DNA from: Rubripirellula sp. | GTDB lineage: Bacteria > Planctomycetota > Planctomycetia > Pirellulales > Pirellulaceae | Reading direction: 5' to 3' | DNA: 64,000 nt | Assembly (NCBI GenBank): GCA_965216875.1 | Contig: OZ244207.1 | Span: forward strand, 2,528,001-2,592,000 | Shown: in pieces, positions 19,933-30,181 of the stretch | Layout: every line of letters starts with the position of its first letter | Numbering within the stretch: position 1 is the stretch's first letter | Translations under genes and position numbers: made by a program | The notes under the pieces: generated by a model | The model's input: the letters and a program-made list of their open reading frames with translations, nothing else | The model's database searches: none | Told to the model about the DNA's origin: nothing

Positions 19933-20403
19933 TTGTTCACCGCTGATCTCATTAGTTTCGCAGCCGATCTGCACACCGATTTGCTGGCAAGTTTTCCCTT
20001 GGGTGACTTCGTCTCGGTGCTCCTTGCGGAAGAGGAAGCGGCGGTCCCGGCCGAAGACCTCAACCTTTTTCAGAAGATTCTCAGCAGTCCATTTATTCTT
20101 CCTGCTGGGCTCTTCATGCTCTTCTACTTCATGTTCATTCTGCCCGAGCGGCGGCGGAAGGCGGAAGAGTCGAAACTGATGTCGGCGATGAAAAAGAACG
20201 ACCGCGTCGTTACCGTTGGCGGAATTCACGGCACGATCGTTGCCGCACCTGCCGAAAGCAATGTGATCACGATCAAGATCGACGAAAACAGCAACACGCG
20301 CATCAAAGTTAATCGCAGTGCGATTGCGACGGTGCTTGGCGACAAGAAAGAAAACAAAGACTCAAGCGGCAAGGAAACGGCATCAGACGCGAAGGACAGC
20401 TAG
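19933..20403 (+). CDS. yajC: Preprotein translocase subunit YajC
   Basis: FYFMFILPE, KNDRVVTVGGIHGTI; directly upstream of secDF. Start uncertain. Confidence 0.92.
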   Translation: MFTADLISFAADLHTDLLASFPLGDFVSVLLAEEEAAVPAEDLNLFQKILSSPFILPAGLFMLFYFMFILPERRRKAEESKLMSAMKKNDRVVTVGGIHGTIVAAPAESNVITIKIDENSNTRIKVNRSAIATVLGDKKENKDSSGKETASDAKDS

Positions 20404-20535
20404 CGACTTTCTGATGCAAATGTTTCCGCGACACGATTCACGACCACTTCGTTACCCGAACATCCACTCCGATAGCGTTGACTAGCCATGACGGCGACGC
20501 ACGCTAACGAAAACCTCTGATTCAGAAATACGACG

Positions 20536-23500
20536 ATGGACTGCTCCTTATTCACTGACCTACTAGCAAACTCGATGTTACTGGCCCAAGGGGCCGCCGA
20601 GGGTGCTGGCCAAGCAATCGAGCAACAAGAGCAAGGGATTTCTTGGGCACAGATCCAAACGATCCTGATCGCGCTGGCCGTGATGGTCTTGCCGTTTGTG
20701 GTCGGGAACTTCCTGGCAAAGTCGCTCAAGATGCCAACGCATGGGCTTCGCTTCGGCTTCGTCCTGTTGGCGTTGGTCTCAAGCGTCGTTGTTCTCGTCA
20801 GCGGTCAGATTGGCCTCGGCGTTGACCTCCGCGGTGGAACGATCCTCGTTTACGAAATCGAACCGGGCAAACTCAAAGACGACGTCGACCCCGTCAAGCC
20901 GATTCATTTGGTCAAGCCTCTGACTCAACGAATCAATCCCAGCGGTACTCAAGAGATCGTGATTCGCCCCTATGGCGATTCGCAAATCGAAATCATCGTG
21001 CCTGCAGTTGATGATCGCGAAGTCGATCGCATCAAAGGCAAGATTGAAGAAGCGGGTATCCTTCGCTTCGCAATCCTGGCCAACCAACAAGACCACCAAC
21101 GCGAAATCGACCTCGCGCTCGCCCAAGCGGAATCGAAGGTCAAAGGGGTTCGGACTCAAGAAACCGTCGAGGATGTCGACGGAAAAACGATCGCAATTTG
21201 GGCACAGGTCCCTCGTGAATCGGGTAGCAAGCCTGGTGACCTGAAACCGCTCCGAGTTGATGTTTCGGGAGCGATCATTCGCAATCCAGAAACGGGCGCC
21301 TTCATCAGCCTGCCACCGATGCTGCGTGGCGAGAACTCAGAGCAGAAGGTTTCGAACTGGATTGAACAAGAAGGCCTTCGTGGCATCGAAACCTTGATGA
21401 TCATCGACCCCGATCTCGACATCAAAGGGGAAGACCTCGCCTTCGCTTCGAGCACCTGGGACCAAAATGGTAACCCCGCGGTCGCCTTCAACCTGACCGA
21501 TGCCGGCTCAGGTCGCTTCTTTGCTTTGACCACCAACAACTCACCAACCGGTACTTTCCAACGTCAACTTGGGATTGTTCTGGACGACAACCTGCTGTCG
21601 GCACCAAACATCCTGCAACCGATTCGCAAAGAAGGCCGCATCACGGGACGTTTCACTCGCACCGAAGTCGAAGACCTCGTGGCGATCTTGAAAGCCGGCC
21701 AACTGCCCGCTGCTTTGACCAAACAACCAATCGCCGAAAACGCGATCGACGCAACACTGGGTGCCGACACGATCGACAAGGGCAAGAAAGCGATCGGTGC
21801 TTCGCTGATCCTCGTCTTGGTCTTCATCCTGCTTTACTATCGGTTCTCGGGCGTCGTCGCTTGTTTGGCTTTGATGCTGAACCTGGCAATGATCTTGGCA
21901 ACGATGGTGCTGATCAACCAACCGCTGACGCTGCCTGGTTTGGCAGGCCTCGTGTTGACCGTTGGTATGTCGGTCGACGCGAACGTTCTGATTTTTGAAC
22001 GGATTCGCGAGGAACTGAAAAAGGGCGCGGCCGCGCGAATGGCGATTCGAAACGGATTCGCCAAAGCAACCGTCACCATTGTCGACGCCAACTTGACAAC
22101 CTTGATCACCGCGATCGTGCTCTACGCGATTGGTACCGACCAGATTCGCGGTTTCGCCGTCACGTTGATCCTGGGCATCTTGTTCTCGATGTTCACCGCG
22201 ATCTACATGTCTCGCGGCTTGTTCGACATTGCGGAACGCCACGGCTTCTTGTCGCTCAGCATGGCCGATGGCGTGAATTCGATTCGCCACGCTCTTTCCG
22301 GCGAAGGAAACTTGGACTTCATCGGCAAGGGTCGCATGACTCTCGCCTTCTCGGCCGTGCTTGTTTGCGTCGGTATCGCCGCGTTGTTCTTACGTGGCAA
22401 AAGCATCTTTGACATCGACTTCGCTGGCGGTGCTTCCGTGCAGTTCCGTCTGGAAAGCGATTTGACCACCGACGAAGTACGCGACATCGTCAAAACCGCC
22501 ATGAAGGATGACGAAGGCGAAGACATTCAATTCACCGTCAACGGCGTTGAGATGGCTGACGTTCCTCCAGGAACCGTCTACAAGGTCGACTCAGGAATCG
22601 ACGACGTGAATCGCCTCAAAAACGCCATCGCCAAAGCGTTCTCGGAATCGGGAACGGGGCTGGTGACTTACAACGTCATGGTCTCGCCGGTCGGCGGCGC
22701 ATCGCTTGCACCGGCCAACAACGGTGTGATGCTGACCGCCGCTCGAGCCCAGGAAGAGGGCGACGATGCGGCCCCTACTGAAGAGACCGAAACTGAAGCC
22801 GAAGAAGCTCCAACCGCTCCGACCGATGTTGTGACGACGCGGAAAGTCACCTTTGGCATTGAAGGGGATGAAGGGGGCGCAGCGATCAACGCAGCAACCC
22901 TGAAAGAAACACTCGTCAAGGCTGCCAAGAAGGTCGACGTTCCTTTGTCCGAGCGTTTGATCGGCCTGACCCCAAGTGGCGAGGGCGCAGACGAATGGAA
23001 AGTGGAATCGTCGCTGCCGTTCTCCGTTTGGACGATCGAGCTGCCCGTTGACGAATCTGCGGCCAACATGGTCATGGCCGAAGTGAAAAGCAAAATGGAC
23101 AGCGATCCGGTTTGGATCAGCAGCAGCATGGTTGGTTCGCGAGTTGCCGATGACATGATTCGCCGTGCATTCGGCGCTCTGTTTGCCAGCTTGCTCTGCA
23201 TCATCGGATACATCTGGTTCCGTTTCCAACGAGTCATCTACGGCCTCGCTGCGGTTGCCGCGTTGCTTCACGACGTGCTCGTCACCCTGGGTGCGATTGC
23301 AATCAGTGCTTGGCTTGCCGGTGCCCTCGGATTCCTGTTGATCGACCCTTTCAAGATTTCGCTCACCGTGGTCGCCGCATTGCTGACCATCATCGGTTAT
23401 TCGCTTAACGATACGATCGTTGTGTTCGACCGAATTCGCGAAACCAAAGGCAAGGCACCACGCCTGACGGGCGAGATGATCAACGTCAGCATCAACCAAA

Positions 23501-23700
23501 CGCTGAGCCGTACATTGCTGACATCGGTCACCACGTTGATCGTGGTCTTGCTGCTGTACTTTTTCGGCGGCGAAGGCATCCACGCCTTTGCGTTTGCGTT
23601 GGTGGTAGGCGTGCTGGTCGGTACTTACAGCTCGATCTTTGTCGCCAGCCCGATCTTGTTGATGCTGCTTGAGAAACGCGACAACCCCGAGTCGGCCTAG
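20536..23700 (+). CDS. secDF: Fused protein translocase subunit SecDF
   Basis: LGVDLRGG, GMSVDANVLIFERIREE, IDFAGG, GYSLNDTIVVFDRIRE, GTYSSIFVASP. Confidence 0.97.
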   Translation: MDCSLFTDLLANSMLLAQGAAEGAGQAIEQQEQGISWAQIQTILIALAVMVLPFVVGNFLAKSLKMPTHGLRFGFVLLALVSSVVVLVSGQIGLGVDLRGGTILVYEIEPGKLKDDVDPVKPIHLVKPLTQRINPSGTQEIVIRPYGDSQIEIIVPAVDDREVDRIKGKIEEAGILRFAILANQQDHQREIDLALAQAESKVKGVRTQETVEDVDGKTIAIWAQVPRESGSKPGDLKPLRVDVSGAIIRNPETGAFISLPPMLRGENSEQKVSNWIEQEGLRGIETLMIIDPDLDIKGEDLAFASSTWDQNGNPAVAFNLTDAGSGRFFALTTNNSPTGTFQRQLGIVLDDNLLSAPNILQPIRKEGRITGRFTRTEVEDLVAILKAGQLPAALTKQPIAENAIDATLGADTIDKGKKAIGASLILVLVFILLYYRFSGVVACLALMLNLAMILATMVLINQPLTLPGLAGLVLTVGMSVDANVLIFERIREELKKGAAARMAIRNGFAKATVTIVDANLTTLITAIVLYAIGTDQIRGFAVTLILGILFSMFTAIYMSRGLFDIAERHGFLSLSMADGVNSIRHALSGEGNLDFIGKGRMTLAFSAVLVCVGIAALFLRGKSIFDIDFAGGASVQFRLESDLTTDEVRDIVKTAMKDDEGEDIQFTVNGVEMADVPPGTVYKVDSGIDDVNRLKNAIAKAFSESGTGLVTYNVMVSPVGGASLAPANNGVMLTAARAQEEGDDAAPTEETETEAEEAPTAPTDVVTTRKVTFGIEGDEGGAAINAATLKETLVKAAKKVDVPLSERLIGLTPSGEGADEWKVESSLPFSVWTIELPVDESAANMVMAEVKSKMDSDPVWISSSMVGSRVADDMIRRAFGALFASLLCIIGYIWFRFQRVIYGLAAVAALLHDVLVTLGAIAISAWLAGALGFLLIDPFKISLTVVAALLTIIGYSLNDTIVVFDRIRETKGKAPRLTGEMINVSINQTLSRTLLTSVTTLIVVLLLYFFGGEGIHAFAFALVVGVLVGTYSSIFVASPILLMLLEKRDNPESA

Positions 23701-23725
23701 TCCGCTCGGGCCTGTGTTTTTGAAA

Positions 23726-23940
23726 CCTCGTTACCACGCTCTGCGTGGTAACGCACGCTCGGACGCTCCGCGTCCTGTGCAGGTGAGCCGTACGCGCTAG
23801 CGTCGGGCCCTGCGAGATCGGCAAAATGAATGTAGGCCCCGACGCTAGCGAGTTCGGCTCACAGAAGTCTCACATCACCACGCTCTGGCGAGCGTAGCTA
23901 CGTTGGTTGTAAGGCCCGACGCTAGCGCGTTCGGCTCACG
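23726..23940. repeat. REP mosaic between convergent genes
   Basis: CTCGTTACCACGCTCTGCGTGGTAACG and GGACGCTCCGCGTCC, three GTGAGCCG..GCTAGCGTCGGGCC copies (23783 forward; 23834 and 23912 reverse), and CCACGCTCTGGCGAGCGTAGCTAC (23878). Confidence 0.88.
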
Positions 23941-23974
23941 GGGAAATCGAGCCCCGACGCATGTTGGTGAGTTC

Positions 23975-25651
23975 TTACGCTAGACCTGGCAACACTGCGT
24001 TGATCGCTGCGTAGCTCGCTGGCAAGCAGAGCCCCTTGTCGCTCGCACCATAAAACTCGGCGTCTTCTTTGCTGCAAACCAAGCTCACCTGAGCGTCACC
24101 AGGATTGCCGAGTGCCTTCTTGGCATCGTCATTCTTGACTCCGAGGCAGTTCATCAGCAGCTTGTCTTCCGTCCCGCTCGGGTCGATGCACTTCCTTAGG
24201 TCGATGTTCATCGAGGCGATGATCGCGTGCAACGCATCGAACTCACACGTTGCCGCCTCAAAGTACTTCAAAGGCGTCGGTGCTTTCGATTCGGCCTTAT
24301 CGTCCTGCAAGCCTTTTCCCTTGGCCATTTTGTTGATGCACTCGGTATTCAGCCGCGTGTCGCCAATCACCGTTGGCAGTGATTCAATGTTCAGTTCGCT
24401 GATGATCGAATCATCGGGGATCTCTACGGCGTCCCAAGCGTTCCACCGACCAATCGCAAGGTCAGCGACAAGTCCCGCGAGCCGAACCAGCAAGACCTTG
24501 GTCCGCAGCGGCTTGTCCAACTTGGCGATTTCACCGTAGCTGAGGTGAACGTGGTGAAGAGGACGGAAGGGCGTGTCGCTAATTCCCCAACCACCCAAGA
24601 GCTCGGTGATCGCGTGTGATTGCGGGTCAGGAAGAAAGTCCGCTTCCAATTCAGCCAGCGATTTCCGTTGCGCTTTGCAAAGCGCGATCATGCTCTTGTA
24701 TTGATCGCGATAGAGTTTGGCCAGCGCGACCCGGCCAATGTTCTGCAACGAAGCGCACAGGACCAAGCCTTCGGCGATGTCAAAGTGATCGCCAGCTTTG
24801 ACAAGCATCTCAACAGCCAAACCGGCGGCGATACTGCGTTGCCAAGTCAATTCAACGTCGAGTGGGCTTTCTTCGTCCGCAACCAACGATGCGCGCGCCG
24901 CACAGGTCAGGGCGAGTTGGCTGACGCGTTGCAAACCGACCTGCATGATTGCTCGATCAAGGTCGCTAAAGTCCACACGTTTCGGATTGAAGAATGGACA
25001 ATTCGCGATCTGCACCACTTCTTTCGATAGCTCAGCATCCTTGGCAATCGATTCGGCCATGTCTTTTGTGTTGAACGATCCCGACTGAATCATGCGGTAA
25101 GCGTCCAAGGCAGGTTCCGAGACCTCGATCTCTTGCACCGCACGACTTAACGAGGCGCTCATCGCTTGTGCATCAATCGACTCAGGCGGTGCGGAGGGAA
25201 CTGGCTCACCCGCGGCGTCGGCACCACCGGCGCCAGGCACACCGGTACCGAGTTCGTCCTTGCTGATCGATTGTGCCAAGCGTTGAAACGTGAGTTCGGT
25301 GACCCGCTTAGCCAGTTCTTGATAGTTGACCGGCTTGAACATGATCTCATCCACGCCCCGTGCCTTGAGATCATTGGCGATCTTCGGCTCGAGCAGCCCC
25401 GTCATCACGATGATCAACGGACGCTTGGGCATTTGCAACAGTTCAACGGCGAGCGCGTGGCCGTGTTTGTTCGGCATCTTGATGTCGGTGATCACGACGC
25501 CGTAGTTCTCTCGACTAGCCAACGTCAGCGCTTCATTGCCATCGACAGCGGAGTCACACTTATAGCCTTCCAATCGAAGCGCTCGGATCGTCAGGTTTCG
25601 CACCAGTGGTTCGTCGTCGACCACCAGGGCGGTCATGTTGGTTTTGGGCAT
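23975..25651 (-). CDS. Response regulator with receiver and HDOD domains
   Basis: VVDDE...TDIKMP...TG...KP receiver; HDOD motifs IAKD..LS..V..IANCPFF, AIMQVG, W..SIA, LQNIGRVAL. Confidence 0.85.
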   Translation of the reverse strand: MPKTNMTALVVDDEPLVRNLTIRALRLEGYKCDSAVDGNEALTLASRENYGVVITDIKMPNKHGHALAVELLQMPKRPLIIVMTGLLEPKIANDLKARGVDEIMFKPVNYQELAKRVTELTFQRLAQSISKDELGTGVPGAGGADAAGEPVPSAPPESIDAQAMSASLSRAVQEIEVSEPALDAYRMIQSGSFNTKDMAESIAKDAELSKEVVQIANCPFFNPKRVDFSDLDRAIMQVGLQRVSQLALTCAARASLVADEESPLDVELTWQRSIAAGLAVEMLVKAGDHFDIAEGLVLCASLQNIGRVALAKLYRDQYKSMIALCKAQRKSLAELEADFLPDPQSHAITELLGGWGISDTPFRPLHHVHLSYGEIAKLDKPLRTKVLLVRLAGLVADLAIGRWNAWDAVEIPDDSIISELNIESLPTVIGDTRLNTECINKMAKGKGLQDDKAESKAPTPLKYFEAATCEFDALHAIIASMNIDLRKCIDPSGTEDKLLMNCLGVKNDDAKKALGNPGDAQVSLVCSKEDAEFYGASDKGLCLPASYAAINAVLPGLA

Positions 25652-25708
25652 GGTAGTAAATCTTTCTTTTCTCTATCGAGAATGAAACTCAGTCAGCAAG
25701 TCAATGTG

Positions 25709-27514
25709 TCAGTTAATCAGTGCGTCGATGTCGAGAAGAGCCGAGTCGTCAGCGCCAACCGCAGCCGGCGCCGCCGTTGATTTCGCTTGGTCCAAGACTC
25801 GACGCACCATCTTCAGCAGTTCGTCACGGTCGACCGGTTTGCGTACGACGATCGTTCCTTCGAGCTCAGGAGTATTCAGCTTCATCGCTTCAGGGTCGTA
25901 TCCCGTGCAGAACACGACCTCGATGCCAGGTTGTTTCTCGCGCAACCGTTGAAAGACTTCATGCCCGCTGAACTTTGGCATCACCACATCAAGGATCGCC
26001 AGCTGCAGCGAGTCGCCGTGTTCTTCGATTGCGTCAAACGCCTCTTGACCGTCGGTAGCAACGATGACCTCATAGCCCGCTTGACGTAGCGTCCTCAGGG
26101 AAACATCACGAACGGTCTCGTCGTCTTCGGCAAGCAGCACTTTTTCGACTCCTTTTGCCGCGCATCCATCGCTATGGTTTGTGCTGTGCGTTGGCATCTC
26201 TTCCTCATCTGCGACGATCGGTACAAGGATGCTGAAGGTCGAACCCTTGCCAACTTCGCTGTCGCACAGGACCATTCCGCCGTGGTCATGGATGGCCCCA
26301 AAGACCATGGCCAACCCCATTCCTGTTCCTTTGCCGACTTCTTTCGTCGTAAAGAACGGCTCAAAGATTCGCTCCTGCACTTCGTCACTAATACCCGACC
26401 CTGTGTCGGTGACCGAAATCAAGGCGTAGTCACCGTCAGCAAGGTTGGCGATTCGAGCGTCACGGGGCTGTCCGGACTCAAGCGTTTGGCGCGAGGTTTG
26501 GATGGTCAGCGTGCCCGATTCAGACATCGCATCACGAGCGTTGATGCATAGGTTCAGCAATGCCTGCGAAAGCAATTCGGCATCGGCCGAAACACAGCCG
26601 ACATCACCTCCGAGCACGGTATCGACATCGACATTGGCGCCCAACAACGGCCGCGCCATGTTGAGTGTCATGTCAACGATTTTGTTCGCTTTGAGCAGCG
26701 CCTTTTTGGGCGGGTTCCGTCGGCTGAAACTCAAGAGTTGCCCCGTGATCCCGGCTGCCCGGTCGGCCGCTTCGATCACGTGGGTCAAGTCGTCGTAGGC
26801 TTGGTCGGATTCAGCCAGTTGGTCCATGGCGAAACGCGTGTAGCCGCTGATCGCTTGCAGCAGGTTGTTGAATTCGTGAGCCACCCCACCGGCCAAGGAA
26901 CCGATTGCCTCGAGCTTCTGTTTCTGCCGCAAGGCTTCATCCATTTGCTTGAGCTTTTCGGTGCGTTCGTCGACCAGCTTCTCGAGCTCGTCGCGTCGCA
27001 TGGCCGCTTGTCGTTTGAGGTTCCACTTTTCGGTCAACGCGAGTGCAAGCTGGCAGACTTCTGCATTGTCAAAAGGCTTCTTCAAAATCAAAAGACGATC
27101 GGTGCTTCCCAAACGACGACAGATGTCGGCCCACGATTTGTCGCTGTATGCCGAGCAAATCACGACCTGCAGGTTCGGGTCGGCTTCCCAAAGATGCTCG
27201 ATGGTGGTCAAACCGTCCCAACCGGGAGGCATCCGCATATCAACAAACGCAACCGCGTAGGGGTTTCCCGAAGCAACTGCGGCTTTAACTTTCTCGAAGC
27301 CTTCGCGTCCTTGATCGGCGGTATCGAGTTCGATATCAAGCCGTGGCCTCGAGTCGGTAACTTCACCAAAGAACGAAGCTTCCATCTCGTCCAACGCCGA
27401 TCCACCGTCGTCAGGAACGAGGATCTTTCGAAAATCATCGTGAATCGAGGGATTGTCGTCGATCACAATCACACGTCGATTCGAATTTGCAATTCCACTC
27501 ATGACTGCCCTCAC
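25709..27514 (-). CDS. Hybrid histidine kinase REC-HisKA-HATPase-REC
   Basis: N-terminal receiver (DDN..IH, DMRMPPGWDG, KPFD); H-box AHEFNNLL; NARDAM, DTGSG, FFTTK..GKGTGMGL; C-terminal receiver (DVVMP). GTG start overlaps upstream TGA. Confidence 0.95.
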   Translation of the reverse strand: MRAVMSGIANSNRRVIVIDDNPSIHDDFRKILVPDDGGSALDEMEASFFGEVTDSRPRLDIELDTADQGREGFEKVKAAVASGNPYAVAFVDMRMPPGWDGLTTIEHLWEADPNLQVVICSAYSDKSWADICRRLGSTDRLLILKKPFDNAEVCQLALALTEKWNLKRQAAMRRDELEKLVDERTEKLKQMDEALRQKQKLEAIGSLAGGVAHEFNNLLQAISGYTRFAMDQLAESDQAYDDLTHVIEAADRAAGITGQLLSFSRRNPPKKALLKANKIVDMTLNMARPLLGANVDVDTVLGGDVGCVSADAELLSQALLNLCINARDAMSESGTLTIQTSRQTLESGQPRDARIANLADGDYALISVTDTGSGISDEVQERIFEPFFTTKEVGKGTGMGLAMVFGAIHDHGGMVLCDSEVGKGSTFSILVPIVADEEEMPTHSTNHSDGCAAKGVEKVLLAEDDETVRDVSLRTLRQAGYEVIVATDGQEAFDAIEEHGDSLQLAILDVVMPKFSGHEVFQRLREKQPGIEVVFCTGYDPEAMKLNTPELEGTIVVRKPVDRDELLKMVRRVLDQAKSTAAPAAVGADDSALLDIDALIN

Positions 27515-29223
27515 GATTTTTGCGGATGCGACGAAGCGCCCGTGTCAGCGGCGACATCACCTTGCGTTATGGATTGATGTGTTTGATGGTTGAGTTGGCT
27601 GTCGTCCGACTTCGTTGTCATCGGAATACGAAGGGTGAACCGAGCCCCGTGTCCGGCGCCATCACTGTGTACCGACAGCGTTCCGCCCATGTCCTCAGCA
27701 GCCAACGCACAACTGTGGAGGCCGAAACCGTGCCCGTCTTTCTTGGTCGTGAAACCATGCTTGAAGACTTTGCCGAGGTGATCGGGCTCGATACCGATGC
27801 CGTTGTCGGTCACCTCGACGACGGCAAAGTCGGCTTCGGATCGAACCGTTAGCTTCAGCTCTTTGGATTCTTGATTTGCCTTGGTGACCGCGTATTTCGC
27901 GTTGCTGATCAGGTTGATCAGGATCTGCAGCACTTTGTGGCGATCACTCATGAATTCAGGTAGGTCTTCGAACTGGCGAATCACCTTGACCTGATGACGC
28001 ATTAGCGCGCTGTCGTTGATGCCCAACGAATCTTCAACAAGCTCCTGAAGCGACAACAACTCGACCATCCCGCCACCACGAGTGAGCGACTGCTGCATTG
28101 TCACAATGTCCTTGACGTGCGCAATGTTCTTGACCAGAGAGGCAAGCTCGTCGCGATAGGAGTCACGTTCGTTCGAAAGGTGCAGCGCCAACTCGCTCAA
28201 CAGATCTGGGAACTTCATCCCGCGGCGATCCGTGCTTACGAACGCGCCAAGATCGTCGCGGTGTTCATCGATCACCTGCGAGGCTTTGACGAGACTTCCA
28301 ACGCGGCTCGATTCAATCCGTTCGGCGATCAAATTGGCCGAAACGTTAATGCTGTTGAGAACGTTGCCTACGTTATGCAGCACGCCAGTGGCGACTTCAG
28401 CCATCCCGGCCTGTCGCGACGCGGTCGCTAGCTCGACGTAAAGCCGTTCTCTTTCTTCCTGAGTGGCAAGGTGCTTTGCGAATTCCTGCTGGAGCGATGA
28501 TTGTGCTTGTTCCAGTTGGCTCGTTCGCTCCCGCACTCGGTGTTCGATTTCGAGGTTCGTCAGCTCGAGGACGGCGCGCCGTTGACAGATCTCGCGAACT
28601 TCGCGTTGACTGCGAACACACGAAAAGATCAAGAAGACGTCTTCGAATAGAACCCAGAGCGTATGCTCGATCCAACGATAGCTGCTTTCAATGACCACGC
28701 CGTAGACCGATTGTGGCCACATGACGCCGCGCACCAAGTGGTCCGTTGCAACGACGGCACTCGCCGTGATCAACACCTTCCAATCGCGGTAGAACGCGAG
28801 AAATGCGAGTGATCCGAAGACGTGAAAATGTGTTTCAATCCGGCCTCCAGACAAATGAATCAACAGCGCTGACCATGTCGCCTGGGCGACCGCAATGACG
28901 TGCCGCGTTGCGATCGTTCCCGGAAAAAACACCGCCATCGCGATGGGCGCGAGCGATACCAGCCCTCCCAGCACGATCGCCGCCCAAACATGGACGTGGA
29001 CGTAGGAAACATCGCCAATCCATGTGCGCGGCGAAACAGAAATCGCAAGGATGATCGCGCCGGCCCATTGCAGAAGCATCAGCACAACGAACAACCGATC
29101 ACACTGACATGCGTGGCGATCCTGGTGTTCTTTCCTTATCTCGGCTGTGCGCTGTTCCAGATGGTTGCGAACATCCTCGGAGGCCTGGGTGACCTTGGTT
29201 TCGTCGCCAATCGGGTTAGTCAT
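27511..29223 (-). CDS. Membrane sensor histidine kinase (RedC-like TM domain)
   Basis: About six TM helices with SGGRIETHFHVFGSLAFL..YRDW; H-box VLHNVGNVLNS; NLISNA, DNGIG, GFTTK..GHGFGL. Start ATG 29223. Confidence 0.92.
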   Translation of the reverse strand: MTNPIGDETKVTQASEDVRNHLEQRTAEIRKEHQDRHACQCDRLFVVLMLLQWAGAIILAISVSPRTWIGDVSYVHVHVWAAIVLGGLVSLAPIAMAVFFPGTIATRHVIAVAQATWSALLIHLSGGRIETHFHVFGSLAFLAFYRDWKVLITASAVVATDHLVRGVMWPQSVYGVVIESSYRWIEHTLWVLFEDVFLIFSCVRSQREVREICQRRAVLELTNLEIEHRVRERTSQLEQAQSSLQQEFAKHLATQEERERLYVELATASRQAGMAEVATGVLHNVGNVLNSINVSANLIAERIESSRVGSLVKASQVIDEHRDDLGAFVSTDRRGMKFPDLLSELALHLSNERDSYRDELASLVKNIAHVKDIVTMQQSLTRGGGMVELLSLQELVEDSLGINDSALMRHQVKVIRQFEDLPEFMSDRHKVLQILINLISNAKYAVTKANQESKELKLTVRSEADFAVVEVTDNGIGIEPDHLGKVFKHGFTTKKDGHGFGLHSCALAAEDMGGTLSVHSDGAGHGARFTLRIPMTTKSDDSQLNHQTHQSITQGDVAADTGASSHPQKS

Positions 29224-29875
29224 CGAGGACCTCCTGGTTTGCCAAGTCCGAACCAGCAGGAAGATGATTGATGGGACAGCCAAACACAGCAAAGTCTCGC
29301 TGAGACGTTTCGCTTCCATTGACCGCCGCAACAAGCGCTTGGCGACCTGGATTGTCGCCCTCATGACCGCGACCGTTTGAGATCCCACCACTAAAGACAA
29401 GTTGCCCCGCGGGTGTGTACACCAACACATGCCCAGAGGTTTGCACGCCGAAGCGTTTCGCCTCGAGCCCCTCTCGATCAACAACCGGTGCTTCTTGATC
29501 AAGCGTCGTCAGCCGTTTCCAATGATTCGTTCGAACCCAGTCTTCGTCGCGCCCTGCTGGTTGATAAAAGAGGGCTTTGAATTCAACGCGGCGCGTCCCG
29601 TCGGGAAAAGCGCGAGCAAGTTCGCTGATGCTCGCCTTGCTGCAAACGCACTGTGGATGCAGCAACATCACTACGGTCGGCTTGGTAGCCGACAATTTCA
29701 AAGCGGTGGTCGCGGGCCATTGCGTCGCGACCTGCCCCGGCTCGCAGGGCCGGGTCGAATAGTCCGATAGCGCAATCATTCCAGTCGCTACCAGTGACAG
29801 CCAAACCACAATGCCTGTCACGGTCAGCGCCCTGGACTTCAAATTGCGCGGATGCGCAGGCGTCACAGCGCCCAT
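29216..29875 (-). CDS. RedB-like thioredoxin-fold membrane-anchored protein
   Basis: TM anchor; HPQCVCSKAS, FGVQTSGHVLVY...G.LVFSGGI...RGHEG.N.G, terminal VFGC. Resembles Myxococcus RedB and AhpC/TSA-like proteins. Confidence 0.7.
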   Translation of the reverse strand: MGAVTPAHPRNLKSRALTVTGIVVWLSLVATGMIALSDYSTRPCEPGQVATQWPATTALKLSATKPTVVMLLHPQCVCSKASISELARAFPDGTRRVEFKALFYQPAGRDEDWVRTNHWKRLTTLDQEAPVVDREGLEAKRFGVQTSGHVLVYTPAGQLVFSGGISNGRGHEGDNPGRQALVAAVNGSETSQRDFAVFGCPINHLPAGSDLANQEVLDD

Positions 29876-30181
29876 CGAACTGCCCCTATTACTGATTGTT
29901 TTGCCCTAGAGCTTCTATCCCTGACAAAGCTCCGAACGAACATTAGCTCGCGAAAGCGCCCTCGGACGGGGGATTCCCGCAATCTAGTGGTTTCCCTTAT
30001 CAGCCCCCGCGACAATCTGACGAAGTAGCAACCAGGGGCAAAACGGACGGCGAGGGGCATGCCGTCCGATGCGCAGGGTGACTCGCCACCCTGCGGCCCC
30101 GTAATACACAGTCCTAGCAACAATGAGCTTCAAAACGGCTCCACCGGTGCTAGCGACGTTAACCGTTTTGGGGGCAAAGCG

